Source: Eubacteriales bacterium (GTDB lineage: Bacteria; Bacillota; Clostridia; Oscillospirales; CAG-272). From it: a DNA stretch of 64,000 nt. Below the pieces are notes generated by a model. The model searched no databases, was not told the origin of the DNA, and saw nothing but the letters and a program-made list of their open reading frames with translations. The stretch lies in the NCBI GenBank assembly GCA_045588675.1, contig JAZNER010000046.1, forward strand, positions 108,550 to 172,549, in the 5' to 3' direction. A program made the position numbers and the translations under genes. This document shows, piece by piece, positions 18,556 to 29,670 of this stretch. How positions within the stretch are numbered: position 1 is the stretch's first letter; every line of letters begins with the position of its first letter.

Positions 18556-19329
18556 CTATTTTTTTGCCCTTGCGACTATGTACCAGCGCTCGCAATTATC
18601 ACTTGGCTTTGTAAATTTGAAATCCTCAAATGCTCCGATAAACTCAAGAGAGCATTTGGCAAGATAAGCTTTGATTTCTTCAAGTGTATAGCATCGCTCG
18701 GTTTGAACTTCATCGCTTCTTGAAAATCTTCCGTCATTCTCCTCGGTAAACACCGACAGATAAAAGTTACACAGCCTGCTTTCCTTGTCGTAATCGTTTT
18801 GCCAACCGCAATAAGCCGAGCGTCCGTCGGAGCTGTTATCTTCAAAAATATATGAGTTGCTGCCGTATATGTTTTCAAATTTATAAGGCGTGTTGATGTC
18901 AAAGATAAACAGTCCGTCGGGGTCAAGATAATTGTGCACATTTTTAAAGCATTTTTCTATATCACCGTCGTGTGTTAAATAGTTAATACTGTCAAGGCAC
19001 GAGCAGATAGCACCTACCGTTCCGTAAAGCTCAAAGCTTCGCATATCCTGCTTTAAAAAAAGGATATTGGATATTTCTTTATTATACGCTTTGTCATACG
19101 CCTCTGCGAGCATATCTTCACTTATGTCCGCTCCAATCATATCGTATCCACGCGAATAAAGCTCGAAGGTCATACTTCCTGTGCCACAAGCAAGGTCAAG
19201 TATAATTTCGGGCTTTTTCGGTAAATATTTTTCGAAGCATTCTTCGATAAAATCCGCCCAGGCGGAGTAGTCGATTTCCGAGTTTATATTGTCGTAAACC
19301 GAGGATATAGAGTTATATGCTGAGAACAT
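18556..19329 (-). CDS. class I SAM-dependent methyltransferase
   Basis: SAM-binding motif [12 protein letters not shown]. Start at 19329 avoids overlap with the upstream gene. Confidence 0.8.
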   Translation of the reverse strand: MFSAYNSISSVYDNINSEIDYSAWADFIEECFEKYLPKKPEIILDLACGTGSMTFELYSRGYDMIGADISEDMLAEAYDKAYNKEISNILFLKQDMRSFELYGTVGAICSCLDSINYLTHDGDIEKCFKNVHNYLDPDGLFIFDINTPYKFENIYGSNSYIFEDNSSDGRSAYCGWQNDYDKESRLCNFYLSVFTEENDGRFSRSDEVQTERCYTLEEIKAYLAKCSLEFIGAFEDFKFTKPSDNCERWYIVARAKK

Positions 19330-19354
19330 AAGGATAACCTTTCGAGCGTGAGGA

Positions 19355-19657
19355 TTATTTAGAGAGCTTTTTCTCTTCAAGCTTCATTTTTTCAAGAACC
19401 TTGTGGTAACCCTCTGTGCCGTATTTCAAACAGTGATTTACCCTGCTTATTGTCGCTGTGCTGAGTCCTGTTGTTGTTGCGATTTCGGAATATATTATTC
19501 CATCTCTCAGCATTCTTGCGGCTTTAAGTCTTCTCGACATTTCTTGAATCTCGGATTTGGTGCAAATGTCATCAAGAAAGCTTTTAGCGTCCTCTGCTGT
19601 TTCAAGTGAAGCGATACATTTGTAAAGAAATTCAATGTTTTCATCGTGATTATTCAT
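19355..19657 (-). CDS. TrpR-like YerC/YecD family protein
   Basis: 100 aa. EIQEMSRRLKAARML...GLSTATISRV helix-turn-helix typical of YerC/YecD. Confidence 0.75.
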   Translation of the reverse strand: MNNHDENIEFLYKCIASLETAEDAKSFLDDICTKSEIQEMSRRLKAARMLRDGIIYSEIATTTGLSTATISRVNHCLKYGTEGYHKVLEKMKLEEKKLSK

Positions 19658-19816
19658 AATAAAACCGGCGTTGCCGAAGCAATGGCTTCGGATATTCCTT
19701 TCATAAATTTTATTTACATAAATATTTTACCATTTTATCGTGAAAAAGTAAAGATGTTTTTAAATATTTGTCAAAAATATTTTTTAAACAAATCGTTGCT
19801 TTCTGTAAATTAAATA

Positions 19817-19845
19817 TTGACATTGATGAAAAAATGTTTTATAAT
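19817..19845 (+). promoter_or_regulatory. sigma-A promoter (TTGACA-17-TATAAT)
   Basis: ttgaca at 19817-19822 and tataat at 19840-19845. Confidence 0.8.
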
Positions 19846-19891
19846 ATAATAAATAAGTATATTTTATTAATTCTTTGATTTGGAGAGAGTT

Positions 19892-20977
19892 ATGACAGAA
19901 ATTAAAATTGGCAAAAAAATTCGTTTGCTCAGAAAAAACAATGATATTACACAAGAAAAGCTTGCAGCGTACCTTAATGTAACACCGCAGGCAGTTTCTC
20001 GCTGGGAGTCTGAAATTTGCTATCCTGATTTGGAAACCTTGCCTCAAATAGCAGACTTTTTTGGAGTTGGAATGGATGAGCTTTTGTGCTATGACAGCGT
20101 TCAAAAGGAATCAAGAATTAAAGAATACCTGAAAAATGTCGAGAAGCTCTATGATGATGAGAATCTTGCAGATTGTCTTTCGCTTTTGCGAGAGGCTTAT
20201 GCGGAAATTCCCTCCTCTTTTGAAATTCAGCTTGAGCTGGCAAAGGTTCTCTCTGCAATATCAGCCGAAGGTAAGCCGAGAAAGAATGACCTTATGGAAG
20301 CAGTTTCACTTTGCAACCACATTCTGGACTATTGCACGGAAGATGAATTGCGCGACGAAACAAAGAAAACTCTTTGCGATATATATTCACATCAAATCAA
20401 GAACAACGCTTTGGCTCTTGACATAGCAGAAAAGCTACACTCTATGAGTTACAGTAAGGAAATAGTTAAGGCGACCGTTCTTACCGGTGAAACTGCATTC
20501 AAGCAGGCTCAGGTAAATATTATGGAGTTTGCGGATAATATGTGGTGGCACATTTATAATATCGCTTGTGTTCCGGATATTTCCGAGGATAATTACTCTC
20601 TTGATGAAAAAATTGAGATTATGAACAAGGGCGTTAAGCTTTTGGAGGTAGTATTTGATAATGATTATCTCTATTACAATGACAGAATGGCAAACTCATA
20701 CCGTCAGCTTGCGATGCTTTATATTCTGAAGGGTGACCGCGAGAGTGCAATTGACTGTGTAGAAAAAATGGCAGAATATGCAGTTCAGTTTGATTCTACA
20801 AGCAATAGCGCAACATACTCCTCCCTTTTGCTGAATACCATTGAGTATAATAAGGGCGCGGGTGTTTCTCTTTGTGCCAAGCTTTTGAGAGGCCGTTTCG
20901 CTAATAGAATATGGGCACCAATCAGAAATGAAGCGAGATTTGTTGAAGCGGTACAGAAAATGGAGAGCTTTATTTAA
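19892..20977 (+). CDS. XRE-family HTH regulator with helical-repeat (TPR-like) C-terminal domain
   Basis: N-terminal IRLLRKNNDITQEKLAAYLNVTPQAVSRWE. ATG at 19892 after a ggagag RBS. Confidence 0.8.
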   Translation: MTEIKIGKKIRLLRKNNDITQEKLAAYLNVTPQAVSRWESEICYPDLETLPQIADFFGVGMDELLCYDSVQKESRIKEYLKNVEKLYDDENLADCLSLLREAYAEIPSSFEIQLELAKVLSAISAEGKPRKNDLMEAVSLCNHILDYCTEDELRDETKKTLCDIYSHQIKNNALALDIAEKLHSMSYSKEIVKATVLTGETAFKQAQVNIMEFADNMWWHIYNIACVPDISEDNYSLDEKIEIMNKGVKLLEVVFDNDYLYYNDRMANSYRQLAMLYILKGDRESAIDCVEKMAEYAVQFDSTSNSATYSSLLLNTIEYNKGAGVSLCAKLLRGRFANRIWAPIRNEARFVEAVQKMESFI

Positions 20978-20999
20978 TAAGCATAATAATTTTTGAACT

Positions 21000-21458
21000 A
21001 TGAACTTTCCTATTGAAATAATTACCGAGTCATCGGCTTTTACTGAGAAGCTTGGACAAGAGCTTGCACAAGCACTTACTCAGAATCAAGAATTGCCCAA
21101 ATTTATCGCTATGTACGGTGATTTGGGTGTTGGCAAAACATCATTTGTTCGAGGCTTTTGCTCAGAGCTTTGTAAGGGTGCTGTTGTAAAGTCGCCTACC
21201 TTTGCTCTCGTAAATGAATATAAATGCTGTTCGGGTCATAAGGAGAAAAAGGTTTACCACTTTGATATGTACAGAATTTCAGGCGAGGATGACCTTTACT
21301 CTATCGGATATTATGATTACCTTGATGATAATTGCTTTTGTATTGCCGAATGGTGCGAGATGATTCCCTTCGCACTTCCCGAGAAGTATATAAAGGTGTC
21401 AATTGATAAGCTTGATTTTGAAAATAGAAGAAGTATAAAAATCAGTCTTTTTGAATAA
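21000..21458 (+). CDS. tsaE: tRNA t6A biosynthesis ATPase TsaE
   Basis: P-loop GDLGVGKTSFVRG, 152 aa, followed by tsaB. Confidence 0.85.
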   Translation: MNFPIEIITESSAFTEKLGQELAQALTQNQELPKFIAMYGDLGVGKTSFVRGFCSELCKGAVVKSPTFALVNEYKCCSGHKEKKVYHFDMYRISGEDDLYSIGYYDYLDDNCFCIAEWCEMIPFALPEKYIKVSIDKLDFENRRSIKISLFE

Positions 21459-21502
21459 GACTTTTAGCTTTGAACGCAGTTTTGCGTGATGAAAGGACAA
21501 AA

Positions 21503-22210
21503 ATGAAAATATTAGCACTTGACAGTACCGCTGAGGTTTGTACTGTTGCGCTTTGCGACGACAGACGACTTGTAGCTGAATTTACTGTCAATACAGGAAA
21601 TACACACTCCCAAACTCTTTTGCCAATTGTTGAACAGGTTTTGAAAATTTCAGAAACCATACTTGACGAAATTGATTTGTTTGCTTGTAGCACGGGCCCT
21701 GGCTCATTTACAGGCGTAAGAATAGGAGCAGCAACGCTCAAGGGTATAGCATACGGAAAAAATAAGCCTTGTGTTTCGGTTTCAACGCTTGATGCTTTAG
21801 CGTATAATCTTTCCGCACTTGACGGACTTATCGTTCCGGTTATGAATGCGCGTCGCTCACAGGTCTATAATGCTTTGTTTGATTGTCGCAACAATAATCT
21901 GACAAGACTTTGTCAGGATAGAGCTATTTCGATCCAAGAGCTTGACTCTGAGCTTGCAGAAAAATATTCTGACAGAAAAATTTATCTCTGCGGAGATGGG
22001 TATGAAATAACCGAGAGTAAATTGGAGCGGACAAAAATTTCTTTAGTTCCGGAGAAAATGCGTTATGCCTCGGCTTATAGCGTGGCGTGCTGTGCGCTTG
22101 AAAAATTCAAGTCGGGAGATGCTTTGACCGACAGCACTATTGTGCCGATTTACCTCCGTCCCTCACAAGCCGAGCGCGAAAGAAACGAAAGGCTTGGCAT
22201 TAATCAATAA
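21503..22210 (+). CDS. tsaB: tRNA t6A biosynthesis protein TsaB
   Basis: MKILALDSTAE..GPGSFTGVRIG. ATG at 21503 follows RBS aaagga. Confidence 0.85.
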   Translation: MKILALDSTAEVCTVALCDDRRLVAEFTVNTGNTHSQTLLPIVEQVLKISETILDEIDLFACSTGPGSFTGVRIGAATLKGIAYGKNKPCVSVSTLDALAYNLSALDGLIVPVMNARRSQVYNALFDCRNNNLTRLCQDRAISIQELDSELAEKYSDRKIYLCGDGYEITESKLERTKISLVPEKMRYASAYSVACCALEKFKSGDALTDSTIVPIYLRPSQAERERNERLGINQ

Positions 22211-22254
22211 TTGCGAATTTAGTGCCGCTTGAGCGGTACTCGAAAGGATAAAAA

Positions 22255-22701
22255 ATGAGAAAAATTATTATCGGTTGCGACCATGGCGGTCTTGAACTGA
22301 AAAACGATATTATTGCTCACTTAACTAAGAGAGGCATTGAGGTTACAGATGTTGGAACATATACAAGCGACTCTTGTAACTACCCCGATTATGCAAAAGC
22401 TCTTTGCAAAAGAATTCAAAGCGGAGAGTTTGAGCGCGGTATTCTTGTTTGCGGAACAGGCATTGGTATGTCTATCGCGGCAAATAAGCACAGAGGCATT
22501 CGTGCGGCTTGCTGCTCGGACACATTTTCCGCAAGGATGACGAGAATGCACAACGACGCGAATGTTCTCTGCCTTGGAGGAAGAGTTGTCGGCGCCGGAC
22601 TAGCTATTGATATGGTTGACCTCTTTGTTGATACTGAATTTGAGGGCGGCAGACATAGCGAGCGTGTTTCTATGCTTGCCGATATTGAAAAGGAAGATTA
22701 A
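22255..22701 (+). CDS. rpiB: ribose-5-phosphate isomerase B
   Basis: 148 aa. GCDHGG, VCGTGIGMSIAANK. Confidence 0.9.
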   Translation: MRKIIIGCDHGGLELKNDIIAHLTKRGIEVTDVGTYTSDSCNYPDYAKALCKRIQSGEFERGILVCGTGIGMSIAANKHRGIRAACCSDTFSARMTRMHNDANVLCLGGRVVGAGLAIDMVDLFVDTEFEGGRHSERVSMLADIEKED

Positions 22702-22749
22702 TGTTATTATCTTTTGTTTGTTGAAGTTTATTGAAAGGATTTTGGTTCT

Positions 22750-23538
22750 ATGGCTGAACGAAACGACCTTCCCCATAATATTGCGGAGGTTCTGCGCGCC
22801 TTTATTGGCAAAACGGATAAAAAGTATTATACCTCAGCCGTGATTCTTGCGGCCGGTTCATCGGCTCGCTTTGGCGGAGAAACAACCAAGCAGTTTGCTT
22901 GTGTTGACGGTTTACCCGTTGTTGCAAGAAGTGCTATTGAGTTTGAAAAATCTGATTGCATAAATGAGATTATTATTGTTGCCAAGGCAGATGAATTTTT
23001 TCTTTATGACGGATTTCCCGAAAAATACGGTATAACTAAACCGTTTAAAGTGATTGAAGGCGGCGAAACGAGGCAAATTTCGGCTCGACTCGGTGTTGAT
23101 GCCGTAAACAATAAATCAAAATATATTGCCATTCACGATGCGGCAAGGTGCTTGATTACTGACAAGCTTATTTACAAGGTGTGTCACGGCGCATACTTGC
23201 ACAAGGGTGCAATTCTCGCAATCAAGGCAACTGATACTGTTAAAATTGGAGATAAGAGTGCCTTTATTGAATCAACCCCCGAAAGAAAGAATACCTGGCA
23301 GGCACAAACTCCCCAAGTCTTCCCTGTCAACGCTTTCCGCGCCGCAGCTTATATCGCGAGGGATGAGGGATTTGAAGGCACAGACGACGCTTCATTGCTT
23401 GAGCACATGAGAATACCCGTTAAGTTAATTGAGGGCTCAAAGGAAAATATAAAAATTACCGAGCAAAGTGACATTTATTTTGCAGAGGCTGTCATACGGG
23501 CAAGACAAGAAAATTGCAAGGGAGATGAAGCAAAATGA
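22750..23538 (+). CDS. ispD: 2-C-methyl-D-erythritol 4-phosphate cytidylyltransferase
   Basis: [19 protein letters not shown]. Overlaps ispF by 4 nt. Confidence 0.85.
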   Translation: MAERNDLPHNIAEVLRAFIGKTDKKYYTSAVILAAGSSARFGGETTKQFACVDGLPVVARSAIEFEKSDCINEIIIVAKADEFFLYDGFPEKYGITKPFKVIEGGETRQISARLGVDAVNNKSKYIAIHDAARCLITDKLIYKVCHGAYLHKGAILAIKATDTVKIGDKSAFIESTPERKNTWQAQTPQVFPVNAFRAAAYIARDEGFEGTDDASLLEHMRIPVKLIEGSKENIKITEQSDIYFAEAVIRARQENCKGDEAK

Positions 23539-24014
23539 GAATAGGTCACGGGTATGATGTTCACCGCTTGGTTGAAGGACGGGATTGTATAATAGGCGGT
23601 GTGAAAATTCCACACGATAAAGGGCTTTTAGGCCATTCTGATGCAGATGTGTTGCTACACGCGATTATGGATTCAATTCTCGGGGCGCTTTGTTTGGGTG
23701 ATATAGGCCATCTGTTTCCCGACAGCGACAATTCATACAAGGACGCAGACAGCTTGAACTTGTGCTCCCGTGTAAATGATGTTATGAAGAAAAACGGCTA
23801 CAGAATCGGGAATGTTGATGCTACTATAATTGCACAAAAGCCCAAAATGCTTCCACATATTCAAAGAATGCGCGAAAATATCGCGAATGCTTTTGAAACA
23901 GATATTGGAAACATAAGCGTTAAGGCTACAACCGAGGAAAAGCTCGGCTTTACGGGAGAGGAGCTTGGGATTGTCGCTCACGCCGTCAGCCTGCTCGAAA
24001 AAATCCCTTCTTAA
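23535..24014 (+). CDS. ispF: 2-C-methyl-D-erythritol 2,4-cyclodiphosphate synthase
   Basis: [23 protein letters not shown], 159 aa. Confidence 0.9.
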   Translation: MRIGHGYDVHRLVEGRDCIIGGVKIPHDKGLLGHSDADVLLHAIMDSILGALCLGDIGHLFPDSDNSYKDADSLNLCSRVNDVMKKNGYRIGNVDATIIAQKPKMLPHIQRMRENIANAFETDIGNISVKATTEEKLGFTGEELGIVAHAVSLLEKIPS

Positions 24015-24226
24015 TACAAATCGGAACTGCCAGAAATTTGGCAATTCCGATGTATATAAATCGCTCCGAGCGACCCTAATATCAGTTCACAACCTGTTTT
24101 TTAAACAACAAAAAGGCCGTCCCGAAGCGTTGCCTTATATTGACATAATATGAGGTAATAAGACAAAATTCTACATGCTTAAAATAAATACTGCTAAAAA
24201 TAATTTTGAAAGGTTGGGTTAAATTT

Positions 24227-24898
24227 ATGCTTTATATTGCCCCTTCACTGCTTGCCGCAGATTTTTCGACACTTGATACAGAAATCAAAAGAGTTGAAGC
24301 GGCAGGAGCACAATATTTGCACCTTGATATTATGGACGGTGCCTTTGTTCCAAATATTTCCTTTGGACCTGAATTGATTTCATCAATACGCAAGTGTACT
24401 CATATGATTTTTGATGTGCATTTGATGATAAAGCGTCCAGAAAGATATATAGATAGATTTGTAAAAGCGGGAGCCGATATTATAACGGTTCACTATGAGG
24501 CTTGCGAAAATCCGATGTCCGTAATTCATTTGATTCATTCTTATGAGATGAAGGCCGCTATTGCTATTTCTCCCAAAACTCCTGTCGAGCTGCTTTTCCC
24601 TCTTCTTGAGCATATTGATATGGCTCTTATTATGACTGTAGAGCCCGGCTTTGGCGGTCAGTCGATGATTCACGAAACACTTGATAAGGTTTCCGCTCTT
24701 CGCAGATATGCAAATGAGCACGGAATTACACTTGATATTGAAGTTGACGGAGGAATTAATGCAGATAATGTTGGTTTTGCAACATCTGCGGGCGCAAATG
24801 TGATTGTTGCAGGCTCTGCGATTTTCAAGGCAAAGAAGCCTCGCGCAGTTATTCAGGCTATGAAGGAAAGTGCCGCTGAAAACTGCTTCAAGGGATAA
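24227..24898 (+). CDS. rpe: ribulose-phosphate 3-epimerase
   Basis: IAPSLLAADF, HLDIMDG, VEPGFGGQ, VDGG. Confidence 0.9.
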   Translation: MLYIAPSLLAADFSTLDTEIKRVEAAGAQYLHLDIMDGAFVPNISFGPELISSIRKCTHMIFDVHLMIKRPERYIDRFVKAGADIITVHYEACENPMSVIHLIHSYEMKAAIAISPKTPVELLFPLLEHIDMALIMTVEPGFGGQSMIHETLDKVSALRRYANEHGITLDIEVDGGINADNVGFATSAGANVIVAGSAIFKAKKPRAVIQAMKESAAENCFKG

Positions 24899-24914
24899 GT
24901 TGAATTAAATATAC

Positions 24915-24947
24915 AAAAAGGCGAACAGTGAACCTGTTCGCCTTTTA
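24915..24947. terminator. bidirectional intrinsic terminator
   Basis: Stem aggcgaacag / ctgttcgcct with A and T flanks. Confidence 0.85.
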
Positions 24948-24986
24948 ATAATAATTACGATTAAATGTATTTGTCGAATTGGAGGA

Positions 24987-25790
24987 TTATGGTCTGAGTC
25001 CCATACCGCCTTCAAGGGTAAGAGTTTCGCCCGACATATATTTGAAGTCCGGAGAAGCAAGCTGAACACAAACGCGTCCGATTTCAAGCTCACTGTGTCC
25101 AAAGTGTCCCATAGGAGGCATCTTTACATTAGCTGCAAATGCTTCGGGATTGTATTGCTTCCACTTTTCAAGCTGAGAAGTCCAAGCGAGAGGACAAACA
25201 ACATTTACATTGATTCCGTCAGGACCCCATTCTGTTGCCGCAACACGAGAAAGCCCTCTGATACCCTCTTTCGCAGCGGCATATGCGCACTGACCGTAGT
25301 TTCCAAAGAGTCCTGCACCTGAAGCAAAATTAATAACACTTCCCTTTGTTTCTTTAAGATAAGGATAGCAAGCCTTCATATAATAGAACGCAGAGTATAG
25401 TCCAGAATAAATAGCCAAGTTAAACTGCTCAATAGTGTGATTTGCGAGAGTAACACCAGATGCGGAGGCCTGTGCATTGTTTATAAGAACATCAATGCGT
25501 CCGAATTTTTCAACAGCTTTTGAAACAACTCCTGCTGCAACCTCTTCGCCGTTTTCCTTTTCATTAATGTCGGCCTGAACTGTCAAAACTTCAATGTTAT
25601 AAAGTCTTTCAAGCTCTTCCTTTGCTGATTCGAGTTTTTCAAGATTTCTTCCTGTCAAAACAAGGTTTGCGCCTTCCTTCGCATACGCTATCGCGATACC
25701 GTATCCGATTGAACCGGCAGACCCGTCCTCAAGCGGATTTGCTCTTCCGCCACCTGTGATAATAGCGGTTTTTCCTTTTAAAAAGCTCAT
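24987..25790 (-). CDS. SDR-family oxidoreductase
   Basis: 267 aa. Gly-rich N-terminus ITGGGRA and catalytic YAAAK. RBS ggagga. Confidence 0.85.
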   Translation of the reverse strand: MSFLKGKTAIITGGGRANPLEDGSAGSIGYGIAIAYAKEGANLVLTGRNLEKLESAKEELERLYNIEVLTVQADINEKENGEEVAAGVVSKAVEKFGRIDVLINNAQASASGVTLANHTIEQFNLAIYSGLYSAFYYMKACYPYLKETKGSVINFASGAGLFGNYGQCAYAAAKEGIRGLSRVAATEWGPDGINVNVVCPLAWTSQLEKWKQYNPEAFAANVKMPPMGHFGHSELEIGRVCVQLASPDFKYMSGETLTLEGGMGLRP

Positions 25791-25810
25791 AATGTTCCTC
25801 CTTGAAATTT

Positions 25811-25847
25811 AAAAAATTGGGCAAGTAAGATATTATTTACTTGCCCA
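25811..25847 (-). terminator. intrinsic terminator after alaS
   Basis: Stem tgggcaagtaa / ttacttgccca followed by a T-run on the minus strand. Confidence 0.8.
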
Positions 25848-25867
25848 TTGATGTTTAAATTATTATA

Positions 25868-28498
25868 TTATTTTAACATACCTTCAAGAGTATTCTTGGC
25901 TGATTCCAATGCCTCTTGAAGCTTGGATGTGTCCTGACCGCCTGCCATAGCATTGTCGGGTCTTCCTCCGCCCTTGCCGCCGGTAACTGCCGCAACCGCG
26001 CCAACAAGCTTGCCTGCATGCGCTCCTGCCGCCACGGCGTCCTTTCCTGCTACTGATATAAAGTTAAGCTTGCCACCTGTATTTACCGCGATTACCGCAA
26101 CTGTACTCGGGTGCTCTGCTTTAATTCTGTCAGAAAGACTTCTTGCTGCATCAAGCTCCATATCTTCAACAAGAGTTGCTACGAGCTGCACGCTGCCAAC
26201 CTCAACTGCATTCTTCAAAACCTCATCAAGCTTTGAGCCTGCGAGCTTTGAATTGAGGACTTCAATTTCTTTCTTCATAGAGGCAATTTCATTTTGAAGA
26301 ATAACTGCTCTCTTAGCAATATCAGCGGGATTTTGAACCTTAAGCTCAGATGCTGTTTGAGCAATAAGCGAATCTTTTTCAGAAATCAGCTTTAGCACAC
26401 CCATTCCACTAACCGCTTCTATACGACGAACACCTGCCGCAACGCTGGATTCGGAAATTATTTTGAACAGACCGATTTTGCCAGTATTATCGCAGTGTGT
26501 ACCGCCGCAAAGCTCGGTTGAGAATTTACCCATTTTAACCATACGAACAGTGCTACCGTATTTTTCGCCGAAAAGTGCCATAGCGCCATTCTTTTTAGCG
26601 GTTTCAATATCTGTTTCCATAGTAACAATATCATTCGCGGATAAGATGTTAAGGTTTACAAGCGCTTCTACTTTTTGAATTTCTTCAGCAGTTAAGGAAG
26701 CAAAGTGAGTAAAGTCAAATCTGCAAATATGCTCGTCAACATAAGAGCCTGCCTGCTCAACGTGATTGCCGAGTACGCTACGGAGAGCAGCCTGCAACAA
26801 GTGTGCGGACGAGTGATTACGGCAAATTGCATTTCTTCTGGCGTCCTCAATATCGGCTGTAACTGTATCTCCTACCTTTAAGTTGCCGTTTGCAACTGTG
26901 CAGAGGTGAATATATACGCCGTCTGTTTTCTTTGTATCATATACATTTGCAATAAAACCGTCGGTATAAATTGTACCTGTGTCGCCAACCTGTCCGCCGC
27001 CCTCGCCATAGAAGGGGGTACGGTCAAGGATGATTGTGCAGTCACCCTCGTCAACAGAATCAACGCTTCCGCCTTCAGTTAAAATCGCAATGACCTTTGC
27101 CTGACTTCTGTAATCGGTGTAACCGGTAAATTCAGTTTTTTGAAGGTCGGAAAGCAATGATTTTGACGATTCATCCCAACCGCCTATATTGGCTCTTGCC
27201 TCTCTTGCTCTCTGCTTTTGTTGAAGCATAAGCTCATTAAATTTCTTTTCATCAATTGCGAGATTACTTTCAGCTACAATTTCGCGTGTCAAGTCAATCG
27301 GGAAGCCAAATGTGTCGTAAAGCTTAAATACCTCTTCACCGGAAATGGTATCAGAATGATCAGAGATTGCGCCGCTTATAAGGTCTGAAAGGATTGCAAG
27401 ACCGGCGTCAACTGTTGCATCAAATCTTTCCTCTTCCATAGCTATGACCTTGAGGATATAATCTCTCTTTTCGTCAAGCTCGGGATATGCGCCTTTACTT
27501 TCCTCAATAGAAACAGTAACAGTGTCAACAAGGAAAGGATGATTAATGCCAAGCAGCTTACCGTGACGGCAAGCACGGCGAATTATACGGCGAAGTACAT
27601 ATCCGCGTCCCTCGTTAGAAGGAATAACACCATCCGAAATCATAAACATAGCGCTTCTCGAATGGTCGGTTACAACACGGATAGAAATGTCATCATCCTT
27701 GTCGTCGCCATACTTTTTATTTGAAATTTCACAAGCTTTGTCAATAACCTTGCGGATTGAGTCAACCTCAAACATATTGTCAACGCCCTGCATTACGCAA
27801 GCAAGACGCTCAAGTCCCATACCTGTATCGATATTTTTTGTTGCAAGCTCGGTGTAGTTTCCGTGTCCATCATTGTTGAACTGTGAAAAAACATTATTCC
27901 AGATTTCCATAAATCTGTCACAGTCGCAACCCGGCTTACAATCGGGAGAGCCACAGCCGTACTTGATGCCACGGTCAAAGTAAATCTCTGAACAAGGACC
28001 GCAAGGACCGCTTCCATGCTCCCAGAAGTTATCTGCTTTGCCAAGACGAACTACATGTGTCGGGTCAACTCCGATTTTATTTACCCAAATCGCATAAGCC
28101 TCTTCGTCATTTTCATAGATAGAGGGCCAAAGCAAATCCTTTGGAATTTCAAGAGTTTCGGTCAAAAATTCCCAAGCCCACGGAATAGCCTGCTCCTTAA
28201 AATAATCTCCAAATGAGAAGTTACCGAGCATCTCAAAGAATGTACCGTGACGCGCGGTGTGTCCAACGCGCTCAAGGTCGGGAGTTCTTATGCACTTCTG
28301 ACAAGTTGTAACACGCTTACAGGGAGGAACTTCTTCTCCTGTAAAAAACTTTTTCATAGGTGCCATACCTGAATTTATAAGTAAAAGAGATTTGTCGTTA
28401 TGAGGAACAAGCGAGTATGAAGGAAGACGAAGATGTCCCTTTGACTCGAAGAATGAGAGATATTTTTCTCTTAAATCGTTTAATGAAGTCCACTGCAT
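25868..28498 (-). CDS. alaS: alanine--tRNA ligase
   Basis: 876 aa. Class II core, editing-domain HSSAHLL and CGGTHC motifs, C-terminal DHHA1-like domain. Confidence 0.95.
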   Translation of the reverse strand: MQWTSLNDLREKYLSFFESKGHLRLPSYSLVPHNDKSLLLINSGMAPMKKFFTGEEVPPCKRVTTCQKCIRTPDLERVGHTARHGTFFEMLGNFSFGDYFKEQAIPWAWEFLTETLEIPKDLLWPSIYENDEEAYAIWVNKIGVDPTHVVRLGKADNFWEHGSGPCGPCSEIYFDRGIKYGCGSPDCKPGCDCDRFMEIWNNVFSQFNNDGHGNYTELATKNIDTGMGLERLACVMQGVDNMFEVDSIRKVIDKACEISNKKYGDDKDDDISIRVVTDHSRSAMFMISDGVIPSNEGRGYVLRRIIRRACRHGKLLGINHPFLVDTVTVSIEESKGAYPELDEKRDYILKVIAMEEERFDATVDAGLAILSDLISGAISDHSDTISGEEVFKLYDTFGFPIDLTREIVAESNLAIDEKKFNELMLQQKQRAREARANIGGWDESSKSLLSDLQKTEFTGYTDYRSQAKVIAILTEGGSVDSVDEGDCTIILDRTPFYGEGGGQVGDTGTIYTDGFIANVYDTKKTDGVYIHLCTVANGNLKVGDTVTADIEDARRNAICRNHSSAHLLQAALRSVLGNHVEQAGSYVDEHICRFDFTHFASLTAEEIQKVEALVNLNILSANDIVTMETDIETAKKNGAMALFGEKYGSTVRMVKMGKFSTELCGGTHCDNTGKIGLFKIISESSVAAGVRRIEAVSGMGVLKLISEKDSLIAQTASELKVQNPADIAKRAVILQNEIASMKKEIEVLNSKLAGSKLDEVLKNAVEVGSVQLVATLVEDMELDAARSLSDRIKAEHPSTVAVIAVNTGGKLNFISVAGKDAVAAGAHAGKLVGAVAAVTGGKGGGRPDNAMAGGQDTSKLQEALESAKNTLEGMLK

Positions 28499-28641
28499 GG
28501 ATTTTTTCCTTGCCTTTCGTTTAATATAATTATTATTAATATACTTTACAATATCCCTTAAATTATATCACCGAGAGGCAAATAAGTCAAGAGTTTATTG
28601 ATATTTTTTGATAATATTTATCAAAAATCGCTGCTTTCAGT

Positions 28642-29514
28642 TCAAATTTCGTTTTCGTTGTAAAGCGCTGCGCCTACAACTGTTCCGAAACGAGCATTTT
28701 CGGGTATAATGAAATTTACGCCAAAGGAATTAAGTCCTGAAAATACATCTCTTATAGGCTTTAAGGTAGTAAGATTTCCAATCAGTACAATATCGCACAA
28801 TCCGTGTCCTTTAGCTGCAAATACCGACAGCATAGCGATAGTTTCAGCCACCATATTTGCCACTCCCAGTGCAATATCACTTGAATCAGCTAAATCCGAG
28901 ATTTTTCCAAAGTTTGAAGCGGTCAAATTTTCATTTACGCCTGTGTATTTCGAATTGTTTGAAATATCCTTGACACGAAGGTCAATATTATCAAGATTGC
29001 CGTTTTCACAAATGCTTTCTATATGCTCAATTGTATTGACGCCCGTCATTTTATTGGTAAGACCAATAAGAGTACCCCCGCCGACGCCTGTACCGCCAAG
29101 ATAGTCAATCTTTGTTTTGTTCTTCTCTTTTTTTGCGTGAATCAATGCAGTTCCCGTACCCATACTGACTATAATTGCTTCGTCAAGTCCCGAAAGATAC
29201 AAGCCACCAAGACCTACTGCTGAAAATTCGGGAACGGCTCTGCAATCAAGAGAGTATATTGGACTTTTCATATGTGTAGCCCCCACACCTGTAACCATAA
29301 CCCTATCAATATCGTTAAGTGAAAGATTATTTTCAGAGGTGAATTTGCCGAATGCGCCGTAAATTGATGTTATTGGGTCGGTTGCACGGACAAACAGAGG
29401 AGAAATCAACTGATTTTCACCGTCACTTCCCTTTTTAAAGCCTACAATTTTGGTCGTGCTTCCCCCGACATCTATGCCGATTACATTTTTTCCCTTAATA
29501 TCTGAATTATACAT
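28642..29514 (-). CDS. coaW: type II pantothenate kinase-like (ASKHA fold)
   Basis: IGIDVGGSTTK, MGTGTA, GGTGVGGGT. Start is uncertain (ATG 29514 or TTG 29532), and neither has a clear RBS. Confidence 0.65.
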   Translation of the reverse strand: MYNSDIKGKNVIGIDVGGSTTKIVGFKKGSDGENQLISPLFVRATDPITSIYGAFGKFTSENNLSLNDIDRVMVTGVGATHMKSPIYSLDCRAVPEFSAVGLGGLYLSGLDEAIIVSMGTGTALIHAKKEKNKTKIDYLGGTGVGGGTLIGLTNKMTGVNTIEHIESICENGNLDNIDLRVKDISNNSKYTGVNENLTASNFGKISDLADSSDIALGVANMVAETIAMLSVFAAKGHGLCDIVLIGNLTTLKPIRDVFSGLNSFGVNFIIPENARFGTVVGAALYNENEI

Positions 29515-29670
29515 TTTTTCATTATTTTGCAAATTTTGATAAAAATCTTATCAAAAAGCAAATTTCTCCATATATTATTTAATTTTATTATATCACTATC
29601 TTGAAAAAAAATCAATATGGTGTTATAATATAATCAACAAATTTTTTTAGTTTGATTTCTGGAGGCATAA

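Noticed and set aside
24015-24130. Hairpins after ispF (atcggaa.tgcc/ggca.ttccgat; tcgct-ccg-agcga) as another member of the A-C element family
   Set aside because: There are only two simple hairpins, with no repeated 9-mer or inverted set. This is probably just a terminator or stability structure.
25953-28216. Several 60-114 aa ORFs antisense or out of frame within alaS (similar ones occur inside rhaB, nadE, gpmI, murE and others)
   Set aside because: They are nested in long, motif-supported genes, are compositionally biased (Ala/Ser/Pro-rich mirror frames), and have no start signals.
28499-28641. Possible T-box leader upstream of alaS
   Set aside because: Only about 140 nt of AT-rich spacer is available. 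I found no T-box sequence (…GGUGGUACCGCG-like) and no specifier or antiterminator arrangement.
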